DNA of 64,000 nt. It comes from Chloroflexota bacterium (lineage in GTDB: Bacteria > Chloroflexota > UBA11872 > VXOZ01). The notes under the pieces were generated by a model. It made no database searches. It was not told the DNA's origin and saw only the letters and a list, made by a program, of their open reading frames with translations. Position numbers and translations under genes: made by a program. Location of the stretch: assembly GCA_964291655.2 (NCBI GenBank), contig OZ219802.1:448001-512000 (forward strand), read 5' to 3'. Below, one piece after another: positions 48,021 through 58,039 of the stretch (positions within the stretch are counted from its first letter, which is position 1; every line of letters starts with the position of its first letter).

Positions 48021-50858
48021 TCAACCCGACGACTGTACCCCGGCCGCGATGCCGTTGATGGTCTGAAATATGCCTTCCAGCAATCGGCGCGCCTCTGCCG
48101 ATAGTTCATCCAGTGGCGTAGCTACCTCTGCAGCGAAACTCGTGCGCCACTCCTTCATCATTCGCACCTGCAAGCTGTGAAGCGGATCAACATAGGGATT
48201 GCGCAGCAGGATTGACCGTTGGAGGACCGGAGACGATTCCATGAGTTGCTCTTGTTCTGTAATCTGCAGAAGCGCCTGCCGCGTCCGCTCATATTCCTCC
48301 GCAATGGCAGAATAGACCTTGTCACGCACCGCTTCATCAACCACGAGCCCCGCGTAGAGCTTGGCAACCGACATGTCGGCGGTGCCGATGCTCAATTGAG
48401 CGTTGTCCACAAGCGACCGGAAGAACACCCAGCCCTTATACATCGCTCGCAAGCGCTCCAGGTTGCTCTCCTGCTCCTCGATGAATGACTGCAAAGCACT
48501 GCCCACACCATACCAGCCGGGTAAGTTATGTCGACTCTGTGTCCACGCGAAGACCCACGGTATCGCCCGCAAATCTTCCACGCGGTCGCCGCCTTTGCGT
48601 GACGACGGCCGCGAGCCCACATTCATGCGACTAATGTGCTCGATCGGCGTCGCTTGTTGGTAATATGTGCGCAGTTCCGGTGTCTCATAGATGAGCGATC
48701 TATACGCACGAAATGCGGTTTGCGATAGCGTCGCCATGGTGCCCTCCCAGTCCGGCTCCAGGGAGGCGCGCGACTTCAAAACACTCGGGCTTAGCCTTGC
48801 CAGGAGCATGGCGTGAATGACCTGCTCCAGATTGCGATGCGCCACGGCCTGCCTCCCGTAGCGCGAGAAGATCACCTCTCCCTGCTCCGTCAACTTCATG
48901 CCGCCGGCCAGAGAATCGGGTGGCTGCGCCATGATAGCGCGGTTTGTCGGACCGCCACCCCGGCCGAGCGCCCCGCCACGTCCGTGGAAGAGCTGCACGA
49001 TCACGTGATGTGCGCGGCATGCGGCAACGACTTGCCGCTGCGCACAATAGAGTTCCCAGGTAGCCGTCAGGAAACCGCCATCTTTGTTGCTGTCAGAATA
49101 CCCGAGCATCACTTCGAAACGGTCGTCCCAGCACCCCACGTGGGACCGGAAGACCGGGATCGAAAGCAGCGCATGAATGAGATCATAACCGCCGCGCAAG
49201 TCCCCGATGGTCTCGAGCAAGGGCACGATTTTGAGGCGACTCTCGCTTACCTCACCCTGGGCATCCACGTGCCAGAGTCCCGCCTCTTTGGCCAGTAACG
49301 CCACCTCGAGCACGTCACTCACGGCTTCAGTAAAGCTTATGACGTAGGTGTTGCAGGCTGCCATCCCCACTTCGGTCTGCATACGGGAGATGCTGACAAA
49401 AGTTTGGAAGGCCGCGCTGGCAGTGGAAGCGACAGAGAGGTCTTGGAAGCCTATGTTGGCCGGATCCGCGATAAGGCGCGTGAGCAACGCGACCTTGTCC
49501 GCTTCTACGAGATCGCTGTAAGCCGATGTGACGCCGGCGGCGGCAAGGAATTCGTCCAGTGCAGCTGCATGTACCCCGCTGTGCTCCCGCACGTCGAGAT
49601 CCACCAGGTGGAACCCAAACACCTGCACCCGTCGAATCACGTCCCGCAGGAGACCGCGGGCTATGCGGGCGCCACCGTTCTCTTCCAAACTGTCTCGTAT
49701 GAGCAGGAGGTCGTCAAGCATGGCGTTGGGTTCCTGGTAAGCCCCTGAAGCGGCAGCGCCGCCACCGGCATAGCGCCTTCTGGTGCGTTCCAGGCGCTTC
49801 TGCATCATCACAATCTTCGTCCGATAGGGTTCCATGATGTCTGTCTTGCGACCAACACCGGCGCCCGGTAGAGAAGCGCGGTCTCGCGCAATCGAGTCCA
49901 GCAACTCCTGTGAAACAGATGCGTAGTGTACCGAGGGGCTGAGCAAGCGCCACAACTCGTCGAGGTCTCGAGAATAGCGGTCGAGAATCAGCGACCGATG
50001 CATTCGCAGGGTCTCTTCGGTAACGGCTGGCGTTACAAAGGGATTGCCATCCCGATCGCCGCCCATCCACGAGCCAAAGGTCAGGAATCGCGGCATCGAA
50101 AACGTGTAGTCATCCGCGAATTGCTGTAGTGCATCTTCGAGTTCGTGATAGAGCCTCGGAATTACATTGAGCAGCACATGATCAAAGTAATAGAGCCCGT
50201 CATCGACCTCTCCCAAGACCGTCGGACGCTCCCAGGGTGTAATGTCGGTTTGCGCCAGGATCGTCACGATCTCAAGGATCTTCTCGTCGGTGCGGCGATC
50301 TATTGAAACATCCTGGCGCTTGCCTTCACGTTCGGCCAAACACGCCCGCAACAATTCAAGGAACACCAACAGGGTCCGACGCCGCACTTCCGTGGGATGC
50401 CGCGTGAAGACCGGCCGTATGGAGAGTAGCGCCAGAATTGGCGCAAGTTCCTCCGATGTGACGCCCTCACCCTTTAGGTTCACCATAGCGGCCGCAATCG
50501 ACTCATACCGCGGCTTGGGATAGCTGGCTCGCTCATTCTCACGCATGCGGCGCAGGCGGTGCTGCTCTTCCGCCGCATTAATGAGATAGAAGTAGAGCGA
50601 GAATGCCCGGGCTACCGCGAACATCTCTTCTTGCCGCAGACCTGCTACGGATTCTGCAAGCGGCTGCAGCGAGACCGTCGCCGTTGTGGTCCGCTGCCAA
50701 ATCGCGCGGAGGCGTATATCCTCCACCAAGTCCAGCAGTGACTGACCATGCTGCTCACGCAGCACCTTACCAAGCACACTGCCAAGAAAGTTTACGTCCT
50801 CGCGGAGTTGCTCGATTGGCACCCGTCGCAAAACAGTCTGTCTCGGTTCCATCTCCAT
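48021..50858 (-). CDS. ppc: Phosphoenolpyruvate carboxylase
   Basis: VFTRHPTE, SWMGGDRDGNP, VMLGYSDSNKDGG, FHGRGG..GRGGGP, LRAIPWVFAWTQ, GIAAGVQSSG. Confidence 0.98.
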   Translation of the reverse strand: MEMEPRQTVLRRVPIEQLREDVNFLGSVLGKVLREQHGQSLLDLVEDIRLRAIWQRTTTATVSLQPLAESVAGLRQEEMFAVARAFSLYFYLINAAEEQHRLRRMRENERASYPKPRYESIAAAMVNLKGEGVTSEELAPILALLSIRPVFTRHPTEVRRRTLLVFLELLRACLAEREGKRQDVSIDRRTDEKILEIVTILAQTDITPWERPTVLGEVDDGLYYFDHVLLNVIPRLYHELEDALQQFADDYTFSMPRFLTFGSWMGGDRDGNPFVTPAVTEETLRMHRSLILDRYSRDLDELWRLLSPSVHYASVSQELLDSIARDRASLPGAGVGRKTDIMEPYRTKIVMMQKRLERTRRRYAGGGAAASGAYQEPNAMLDDLLLIRDSLEENGGARIARGLLRDVIRRVQVFGFHLVDLDVREHSGVHAAALDEFLAAAGVTSAYSDLVEADKVALLTRLIADPANIGFQDLSVASTASAAFQTFVSISRMQTEVGMAACNTYVISFTEAVSDVLEVALLAKEAGLWHVDAQGEVSESRLKIVPLLETIGDLRGGYDLIHALLSIPVFRSHVGCWDDRFEVMLGYSDSNKDGGFLTATWELYCAQRQVVAACRAHHVIVQLFHGRGGALGRGGGPTNRAIMAQPPDSLAGGMKLTEQGEVIFSRYGRQAVAHRNLEQVIHAMLLARLSPSVLKSRASLEPDWEGTMATLSQTAFRAYRSLIYETPELRTYYQQATPIEHISRMNVGSRPSSRKGGDRVEDLRAIPWVFAWTQSRHNLPGWYGVGSALQSFIEEQESNLERLRAMYKGWVFFRSLVDNAQLSIGTADMSVAKLYAGLVVDEAVRDKVYSAIAEEYERTRQALLQITEQEQLMESSPVLQRSILLRNPYVDPLHSLQVRMMKEWRTSFAAEVATPLDELSAEARRLLEGIFQTINGIAAGVQSSG

Positions 50859-51164
50859 CGTCTACTCTGCAATCACTTTGCTACTCACTTCGCATGAAGG
50901 TACTTTCGTCTAGAGGAAGACTCGCAGTCCGGTCTCGCACACCCGGCGACACAGTTAGGTACGCAGGGGAGAGCGTTCAAACTAATGATGCCACACTTGC
51001 AAGCCAAATGACCGCACAACAATTGTAAGCCCGTTACGCAAGTCATTCGCGTATGGTCGTGGCTCCCTTGACTGCAAAGCCGCCGGCTGCTTCTCAAGCT
51101 TAGCCACGTCGAATCGAGAGACATTGACGAGAAGCAATCTCACAGTTTGATTCGCCATGCCGTT

Positions 51165-51363
51165 TCGTGCTTCGATCCTTCGGCAAGCTCAGGACAGGCA
51201 AGGTCTTCGCGCAGCAGGCTTCGCGCAGCAGGCTTCGCGCAGCAGGCTTCGCGTAGGAGGCTTCGCGCAGCAGACTTCACGCAGCACTCAGCCCGAAACG
51301 GATGGTTGCCTTTACCGTTCGCCCCCGTGTCAAGTACGGGGCAGGCTCTGAGCCTGTCGAAGG
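51165..51363. repeat. Nested REP-like element containing a 14-bp tandem repeat (x6)
   Basis: CTTCGGCAAGCTCAG and CTGAGCCTGTCGAAGG complementary arms; CTTCGCGCAGCAGG repeated at 51205-51288; small hairpin CCCCGTGTCAAGTACGGGG inside. Confidence 0.85.
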
Positions 51364-51401
51364 ACACATTTGCACAGGGCCAGGCATCTATGAGATCAGT
51401 C

Positions 51402-52970
51402 CTAACGACGCACGGCTGCGCGCAGCGGAGCGGGCACCATCTCGGCCAAGAGTGCGAGTTCCGGCAGCTTGAGCAGGCGCAACACTCCCAGGTATGCCAA
51501 GAGCAACACCCCACCGCCGCCCACGACCAATGCCAAGAGGCCCACGGTACCGCCACCCTCCGTCATCACCCGCTGCACGTAGAGCATGCCGCCGGCCGCA
51601 AGTGCAATGAGAAGTGTAGTAGCGCCAATGGTAGCTATGAATCGGCCGATACCTTCACCGCCCACGCCCCCTAGCATGCGGCTGAGCAGCCACAGCATTA
51701 CAAGCGCATGGCCGGAGTTCTGTACCGTGTTCGCCAGCACAAGCCCCGGCATTCCAAGTGGCTGCAGCAACGGCAGGGCAACCGCCAGATAGAATCCGAT
51801 ACCCAAGAGGCCGACCAACACAGGAGTACGCGTGTTCTGGCGGGCGTAGAAGGCAAAAATGAAGAGCTGGTCCAAGCCGGTGAGCGGGAGTTGCAGGCTA
51901 TAGAGAAAGAGCGCCAGCCCCGTAGCGCTGGCGTCGGCGGCATCGAACGCGCCGCGCTGATAGACGAGCTCAACGATGGGTCGGTGCCAGATCAGCATCA
52001 AGGCGAAGACCGGCAACATCAGCAGCACAATGAGACGCACACCTTGGTTGAGGATGCGCCGAAAGTTCGCCGTGTCGAGGTTGCGTCCCTCAGCGGCCAG
52101 CAATGGGAGCACGGCAAGGGCAATCGCAGAGCCAACCAAACCAATGGGAAGCTGCACCAGCCGGGTCGCATAGTTCATCGCGGCGATGCTGCCTTCTCCT
52201 GTTCGAGATGCGAGGTTGCGATCCAGCAATATTGCGAGTTGCGTGATGATAAGCCCCGCAAAAACCGGCGCATAGAGTCTCAGGATTTGGCGTACGCCCG
52301 GATGACTGAGCACGGCGCGTGGACGAATCCCCATGCGCCACAGTCCAGGAGCCTGAAGTACCAACTGCCCCACAGATCCCACCAATACGCCGATGACAAG
52401 ACTCACAACCCCAAAGCGGCTAACGAAAAGCAACGCCATAAGGATAATGCCAAGGTTGTAGACCGCCGCACAAAAGGCAGGATAGTAGGGTCTGTGCCCA
52501 GCGTAGAGCGCAGCATTGACTACACCCGACAGACCAAGAAAGGCAACGGCAGGAGATGCGAGCCGCGTCAGACTGACCGTCTGCTCGAGAGATTCAGGAG
52601 AGAAACCAGGAACCAATATGCGGACGAGCGGCTCAGCCAGCAGGACGAGCACAACGACCGAAATACCGAGAACGATGCCCGCCAATGCGAGCATGGCACC
52701 GAACAGAGCCGACAGCTCACGGTTGTTTTTCGCGTAGTCGGCAAATACGGGGACCAAGACCGCGGTAACGGCGCCACCAAGTAAAAGGTCGTAAACCATC
52801 GTCGGCACTTGGGACGCCGCCACAAACGAATCGGTGGCAGCACTTGCACCAAAAAGGTAGGCAACTATCTGTTCGCGAACCAACCCGAGAATGCGGCTAA
52901 GCACGTTGCCGAGCAGCAACACCACCGCGGCACGAGCCAGGATCGCGTCGGTGGAGACAGACGAGTTCAT
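51402..52970 (-). CDS. murJ: Lipid II flippase MurJ (MviN)
   Basis: LSRILGLVRE, FGAS..TDSF, YATRLVQLPIG, YQRGAF, FYARQNTRTP. Confidence 0.96.
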   Translation of the reverse strand: MNSSVSTDAILARAAVVLLLGNVLSRILGLVREQIVAYLFGASAATDSFVAASQVPTMVYDLLLGGAVTAVLVPVFADYAKNNRELSALFGAMLALAGIVLGISVVVLVLLAEPLVRILVPGFSPESLEQTVSLTRLASPAVAFLGLSGVVNAALYAGHRPYYPAFCAAVYNLGIILMALLFVSRFGVVSLVIGVLVGSVGQLVLQAPGLWRMGIRPRAVLSHPGVRQILRLYAPVFAGLIITQLAILLDRNLASRTGEGSIAAMNYATRLVQLPIGLVGSAIALAVLPLLAAEGRNLDTANFRRILNQGVRLIVLLMLPVFALMLIWHRPIVELVYQRGAFDAADASATGLALFLYSLQLPLTGLDQLFIFAFYARQNTRTPVLVGLLGIGFYLAVALPLLQPLGMPGLVLANTVQNSGHALVMLWLLSRMLGGVGGEGIGRFIATIGATTLLIALAAGGMLYVQRVMTEGGGTVGLLALVVGGGGVLLLAYLGVLRLLKLPELALLAEMVPAPLRAAVRR

Positions 52971-53425
52971 TTATGGCAGAGCACTTGAGACTGACAAACC
53001 TCGCGGCAATCTTGCACTGGCGCGGCGTTCCGCCAGTGGTACAGACACGAATCTTGCATCAGCTTACGCCCCGCCATCAATCGAACTTTGACGTGCCGAA
53101 TTGTCCACGGCGAACTGCTCGCTTTCTCTTAGGCAGCGGGCTTGGAGCTTTATGTAACGCAGCCGTCTAACGCCACTCTCGATTGGTGGGCGCCGGAAGC
53201 AATTATGCTCACTTGCAACTCTCCAGGAGCATTAAGTCTACGGCGACGTTCCGTGTCGCCGGCTGAGTTTGCAATAGCCTCCAAGTGCGCACCAGAAACC
53301 TCAGTCTGTAAGATTGGGGTTCAGTTCAAGCAATGTCCCACGATGCGCATTGTCAGCAAGATCGATGTCATGTGCCACAAAAAGGAAGTCGGTCGCGGCT
53401 TCGACCCGCTGGCTTGGCGTTGAGC

Positions 53426-55099
53426 CTATCCTCCCCGCTTGCGTCGCATGCGGCGAATGCCCGACCACATACCGAGACCAAGCAAACCGACGATTACCAA
53501 TGGAATGCCGAATACGAGCACCCAAATCGACACGTTGACCGTAGCCTGAGCCACGACGATGAGTGCGGCGATGCTTGATTCAACGGTCTGCCCGGGCTGC
53601 CACACGGACCGCGTAGAGACATCCTCTCGCAACGCCGTAAGGACCATTTCGGCCTGGTTGTTGAATGCAACGGCATCAACTTGCTCGGCAGCGATGGAAA
53701 TGGGGATCTGCAAGCGACCCTCCGCTACGTCTACCCGAGCGTGCATGAGGACCTCATTGCTGGCGCCTGCTTGCAGGAGTCCGAGCTTCCACTCCACAGT
53801 GCCTGTATCACGATCGAAGCTGCCTCCAGAATCCGCTCGGACGAAGGTCAAACCCGGCGGCAGTGTCGTTCGAACAGTGACATCGGTGGCATCACCGGTA
53901 CCGGCATTCGTAAAGTAAATCCAGATGGGTAGGTCGCTCCCCTGGGCGCCGGAAGCCGGGCCTTCGACCTGCAACGTGAGGTCCGGTGCGAATGACAGTG
54001 TTAAGTTGGCTGCATTGTTTGCGTCATTCGCCTCAGCGCTTGCCGATTGGATGTGAGCCTGCAGCAGTATGTCGTCTTCCGTAGACTCCACACGCATGCG
54101 GGCAAAAACAGTATTCACAGAGCCGGCTGCGACGTCTGAGAGATTCCAACGGATCTCACGGGCGAGCGGAAGGTAAATGCCCCCCTGGCCTACATCGATC
54201 ATGCTGAGGAGTTCCGGTACGCGCAGCACCAAGATCCCGTCACGTGCCGAGACACTTCCGTCATTGCGATAAGTCAGAGCAAAGGTGGTAATGGCGTGGG
54301 CGGCGGGCAGATCTTGAGCGGCAAGTGCTACGGAAATGTCCGGTGGCGCATGGAGCAATACAATGATTGTCGCAAGTGCTATGCGATTTTCAAGGACATT
54401 GAAGCGCCCCTGGAGTAGCTCGATCTCTCCCCGCACCTCCGCCAGACGTTTTTCAACCTTCAGCAAGTCGTCTACCGTGTCGGCCTGTTCCACCAGCGTA
54501 AGGAGCTGTGTCTCAGCTGCCTGCAGGTTGCGGAGACGCGCATCGAGGTCAGTGTATTCTTCAGTAACGTCGCGGGCAGCGGTTTGCTCGGCCAAAACTT
54601 CCTGGGCAAGTGCCCGCAAGGCAGCCATGGCCTGGTCGAAGGCCTCTGCCGGCACCCGCAACGTCAGCGAGGTCGGCTGCAGGTCCCCGGCCTGCCGTAC
54701 TTCAGCAGTGGCAACGAACGCTCCCGGAATCCCTGCAATTATCTGCTCGACTTCGTTTACGGCAGTTGCGGGATTGCCCACGACGAGGGTGAGGGCGCCA
54801 TTGCGAATAACCTTGGCATCGGTGGCAAAACTCGCGGCCGAAACCGGGGCAGCCATTGCTAGCTTCTGTGAGCTACTTACCACTTGAGGCGCAGCCTCTG
54901 CCGCCGGTGCCATTTCTTGCCGTTCCGCTGCTTCGCTATCCGCAGCAGCCATGGATTCTTCCGCGTATTCAGAACTGGCTCCCAAGAACATCGTTTCCTG
55001 GGTAACGCCTGCAAATGAAGAAAACGCGAAAATGCCGACAAGCACTGCCCCGGCAAGGGCCGCAATCACCGCTCCCAAGAGCAATAGGGTTCTTTTCAT
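53426..55099 (-). CDS. DUF4349-like membrane protein with two inserted Ig-like (DUF11-type) domains
   Basis: KVIRNGALTL, LRVPAE.FD, DVTEEYTDLDARL, EIELLQG; then N.G...AT.V.V...LP.GLTFV repeats; N- and C-terminal TM. Confidence 0.8.
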   Translation of the reverse strand: MKRTLLLLGAVIAALAGAVLVGIFAFSSFAGVTQETMFLGASSEYAEESMAAADSEAAERQEMAPAAEAAPQVVSSSQKLAMAAPVSAASFATDAKVIRNGALTLVVGNPATAVNEVEQIIAGIPGAFVATAEVRQAGDLQPTSLTLRVPAEAFDQAMAALRALAQEVLAEQTAARDVTEEYTDLDARLRNLQAAETQLLTLVEQADTVDDLLKVEKRLAEVRGEIELLQGRFNVLENRIALATIIVLLHAPPDISVALAAQDLPAAHAITTFALTYRNDGSVSARDGILVLRVPELLSMIDVGQGGIYLPLAREIRWNLSDVAAGSVNTVFARMRVESTEDDILLQAHIQSASAEANDANNAANLTLSFAPDLTLQVEGPASGAQGSDLPIWIYFTNAGTGDATDVTVRTTLPPGLTFVRADSGGSFDRDTGTVEWKLGLLQAGASNEVLMHARVDVAEGRLQIPISIAAEQVDAVAFNNQAEMVLTALREDVSTRSVWQPGQTVESSIAALIVVAQATVNVSIWVLVFGIPLVIVGLLGLGMWSGIRRMRRKRGG

Positions 55100-55266
55100 G
55101 TGACCTACCTCCGACTCGTGAGATGCACATCTTGATGCGTCGGTGTCCAACCGCTGCGCTAGCGTGTCACTCTCTTGCTGCCATGCATCGCAATCAGTGC
55201 AGCGGGAGTATGGATCAAGCCAAGCACATGTGTGAAGAACACCACATCAGTACAGTCGCGCTATGG

Positions 55267-56499
55267 CTACGGAGCTCGGCTACTGTCCAACGCGCGCATG
55301 TAGGCCCGCATGGCGCGGTCGGTCTGTTCTATGCCCTGATAGACGTCACCGAGCCGCTGCCACGCCTGCAGCTTATTGGGGGAGGAGGCCGCAATCGCCT
55401 CAAGTTCTTGTGCCAAAGCACTGAGCGTGTCCTCATCCATCTGGGCACCTTCCCGCTCCAGTCTGTGCAGCAGAGTCTCCCAGGTCTCGGAACTCTCCCC
55501 GCGATCACCATCGTCAGGAGCAGTCCCCGACGTCGTCGCTGGTACCGCTACTGCCGTTTCTTCCTTCTCGGTTTCGGTGCTTTGGGCTGGTGTAACAAGG
55601 ATTCGCTTTTGACCTTCTTGCGCTTCTGCTGCGGCGCGCGCGCTTAGGCGGGCCGCTGCACGTTTGCGTGCGTCAGGCGCTTCCGATTCTTTCTTGGCAG
55701 CCAGCGTTGCTTCGATTCGTTGCAGGAAGTCAATCGGCACTTCAATTTCGGCATCGTCGCTCGGCAAGGGTAAGCGTGAAGGGCCATTTGCGGGGTAGAG
55801 TGCGCGCGCCAGCGCGAAATCCGGGTCTATCTGGCGAGATCGCTCCAAGAGTTGCCGCGCTTGATCGATGAGACCCATGTGCGCCCGTACGTCAGCCGAC
55901 AACAAGATCGCCTTTAGACAGTTTGGATGCTCACGGACGATCTCGTCGGCGAGTCTACTGGCCGCCTGCCTGTCCCCATTGAGCCAATGCGCTTCCATCA
56001 AGGCGACTTGCGCACTCCAGTGAATCTCGGTCTCTTCCAATAAACGCCGAAACTCCGCAATTGCATGCTCCAGCAGCCCGCTGCGCAGGTGTATTCGCGC
56101 GAGGCCGGCCCGGGTCAAGAGCCCGTTTCCGTTCGAATCGCCGTGACCCTCGCGCCCGAGGACCAGCATGCGTTGTTTCACGTCTGTGCGGGTGGGATCA
56201 CTCTCAAACGCGCGACGAATCACAACGAGCCGTTCGCTGTCTCTCCCTAGAGTCTCCAAGACTTCTGCGAATCTCATGAGAATGGGGGCACTTTCCGGGT
56301 CAATGTCAAGCGCCTGTAGCAACTGCTCTTCCGCTTGCGCAGGCTGATCAGTTTCTAAGTAGACTTGCCCGAGCAGGGTTCGCGCCGCCAGGTTACTCGG
56401 GGACTGCTTGAGCAAATAGCGGGCTATCTCTTCCGCAAGCGCAAAGTGATTCAGCGCTAGCGCCTGTTCTCCCCATTGCAGGAAATCTCTTAGTTTCAT
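55267..56499 (-). CDS. Tetratricopeptide repeat protein
   Basis: Repeated LG..Y...A....AL..DP patterns. Confidence 0.85.
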   Translation of the reverse strand: MKLRDFLQWGEQALALNHFALAEEIARYLLKQSPSNLAARTLLGQVYLETDQPAQAEEQLLQALDIDPESAPILMRFAEVLETLGRDSERLVVIRRAFESDPTRTDVKQRMLVLGREGHGDSNGNGLLTRAGLARIHLRSGLLEHAIAEFRRLLEETEIHWSAQVALMEAHWLNGDRQAASRLADEIVREHPNCLKAILLSADVRAHMGLIDQARQLLERSRQIDPDFALARALYPANGPSRLPLPSDDAEIEVPIDFLQRIEATLAAKKESEAPDARKRAAARLSARAAAEAQEGQKRILVTPAQSTETEKEETAVAVPATTSGTAPDDGDRGESSETWETLLHRLEREGAQMDEDTLSALAQELEAIAASSPNKLQAWQRLGDVYQGIEQTDRAMRAYMRALDSSRAP

Positions 56500-56743
56500 G
56501 TGCTCCTATGTTCCTCAGCAGTGGTGCGAGCTCACCACCGGCCAACAGTGCCACAGTGCCGATCGCCCGATCTCGTCAGCCTTGCTCACCGTATTCTCTG
56601 GGATCCCAGATTTCACGCACCTACGGACTGCGGCACGGGCATCTCGGTCTGCTAGTCCATCGCATCTTAGGATACACTCCGCTGCGCCATTTCGGTTGCT
56701 CTCCCCGCGCCTGTAACTGCCGGCTGCCCACTAAAGCCACGAC

Positions 56744-58036
56744 CTAATTCCACATGCTCACGAGGTCTTCCATAGCTGCGCGATCAAGCCCCGGCCCTAC
56801 CAGCGCCACGTGAGCCCAACCGGGAATGAAGATGCGTTGCGCCACACGCAAGACATCATCCGCCGTAATGGCGTCGATGATAGCGAGCATTTCGTCCAAC
56901 GTAATCGTCGTGTGCATCAGCACCTCTTGGCTGCCGTACCAGCTTGCAACGTTCCAGCTATCTTCCATGCTCAGCAGCAACCGGCCCTTGGTGAATTCGC
57001 GCACCTTGTCCATTTCCTCTGCCGGGAGTTTCTCTTGCCGAATACGATCCACCTGCTCCCAAATGGCAGCCAGGGCGCTCCCCAAGTGCCCATCATCTAC
57101 CCCGGCGGTAATGACGAATGCGCCCGTGTCGAAGTACTGCTCTGCGTACGTAAAAATGTCGTACGCCAATCCAAGCCGTTCGCGTACTTCCACCGCCAAG
57201 CGTGAACTCAAACCGTCTCCCAACGCAGCGTTTAGGAGTTCCAGAGCATGGCGATCGGGGTCAGCGTGAGAGAGACCTTTGCCGCCAATACAGAGCTGCA
57301 CGTGGCTATGGTCCTCAGCCTGCGTGATAACGCGATCGACGGTTTGCGTTGCGACGGCAGGCAGCCAAGCAGGGCCGGTTCCTTTGCGCAGACCACCAAA
57401 TGCCTGTTCCGCATGCGCAAAGGCATCATCGGCTTCCACACCTCCCGCAACCACTAGCACCATATTGTTGGCGCGGTAGAAGTCTTCCACATGCTTAGAC
57501 AGATCGTCTCGGGTGATGTTCATGATGGACTCTGGACGACCGCCAATATCTTCTCCGAGCGGATGGCCCGGCCACAACAGACGCGACATGAGCACGTGCA
57601 CCCAGTCGGTTGGCGTGTCCTGGTAGAGCTCAAGCTCTTCAAGAATTACACCACGCTCGCGCTCGACGTCATCGGGATTCAGCGCGGGATTAAGGGCAAT
57701 ATCGGCGAGAATATCAAACGCAATCGGAAGATGCTGAGACGCCACTTTCGCCCAAAAGACCGTTGCCTCCCGTCCGGTGCTCGCGTTCAGGAGACCGCCG
57801 GTGCGTTCGATTGCTTCCGCTATCTCCTGGGGATCAGGCCGCCGCAAAGTGCCTTTAAATAGCATGTGCTCCAGGAAGTGGGAGAGCCCCATGAGGTCGA
57901 AAGGTTCGTAGCGAGACCCGGCCCCACAGAAGAGGCTGACGGTTGCGGCACGGGTATGGGGCATTGGCAATACAACCACCCGCAGCCCATTGGGCAGGGT
58001 GCGCCTACGCAAAGCCTGCTCTTTCATTGATTGCAC
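56744..58036 (-). CDS. M16 family zinc peptidase
   Basis: LPNGLRV, GSRYE, HFLEHMLFKGT, SSRL..EVRE.LGLAY. Confidence 0.96.
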   Translation of the reverse strand: MQSMKEQALRRRTLPNGLRVVVLPMPHTRAATVSLFCGAGSRYEPFDLMGLSHFLEHMLFKGTLRRPDPQEIAEAIERTGGLLNASTGREATVFWAKVASQHLPIAFDILADIALNPALNPDDVERERGVILEELELYQDTPTDWVHVLMSRLLWPGHPLGEDIGGRPESIMNITRDDLSKHVEDFYRANNMVLVVAGGVEADDAFAHAEQAFGGLRKGTGPAWLPAVATQTVDRVITQAEDHSHVQLCIGGKGLSHADPDRHALELLNAALGDGLSSRLAVEVRERLGLAYDIFTYAEQYFDTGAFVITAGVDDGHLGSALAAIWEQVDRIRQEKLPAEEMDKVREFTKGRLLLSMEDSWNVASWYGSQEVLMHTTITLDEMLAIIDAITADDVLRVAQRIFIPGWAHVALVGPGLDRAAMEDLVSMWN

Positions 58037-58039
58037 CCG

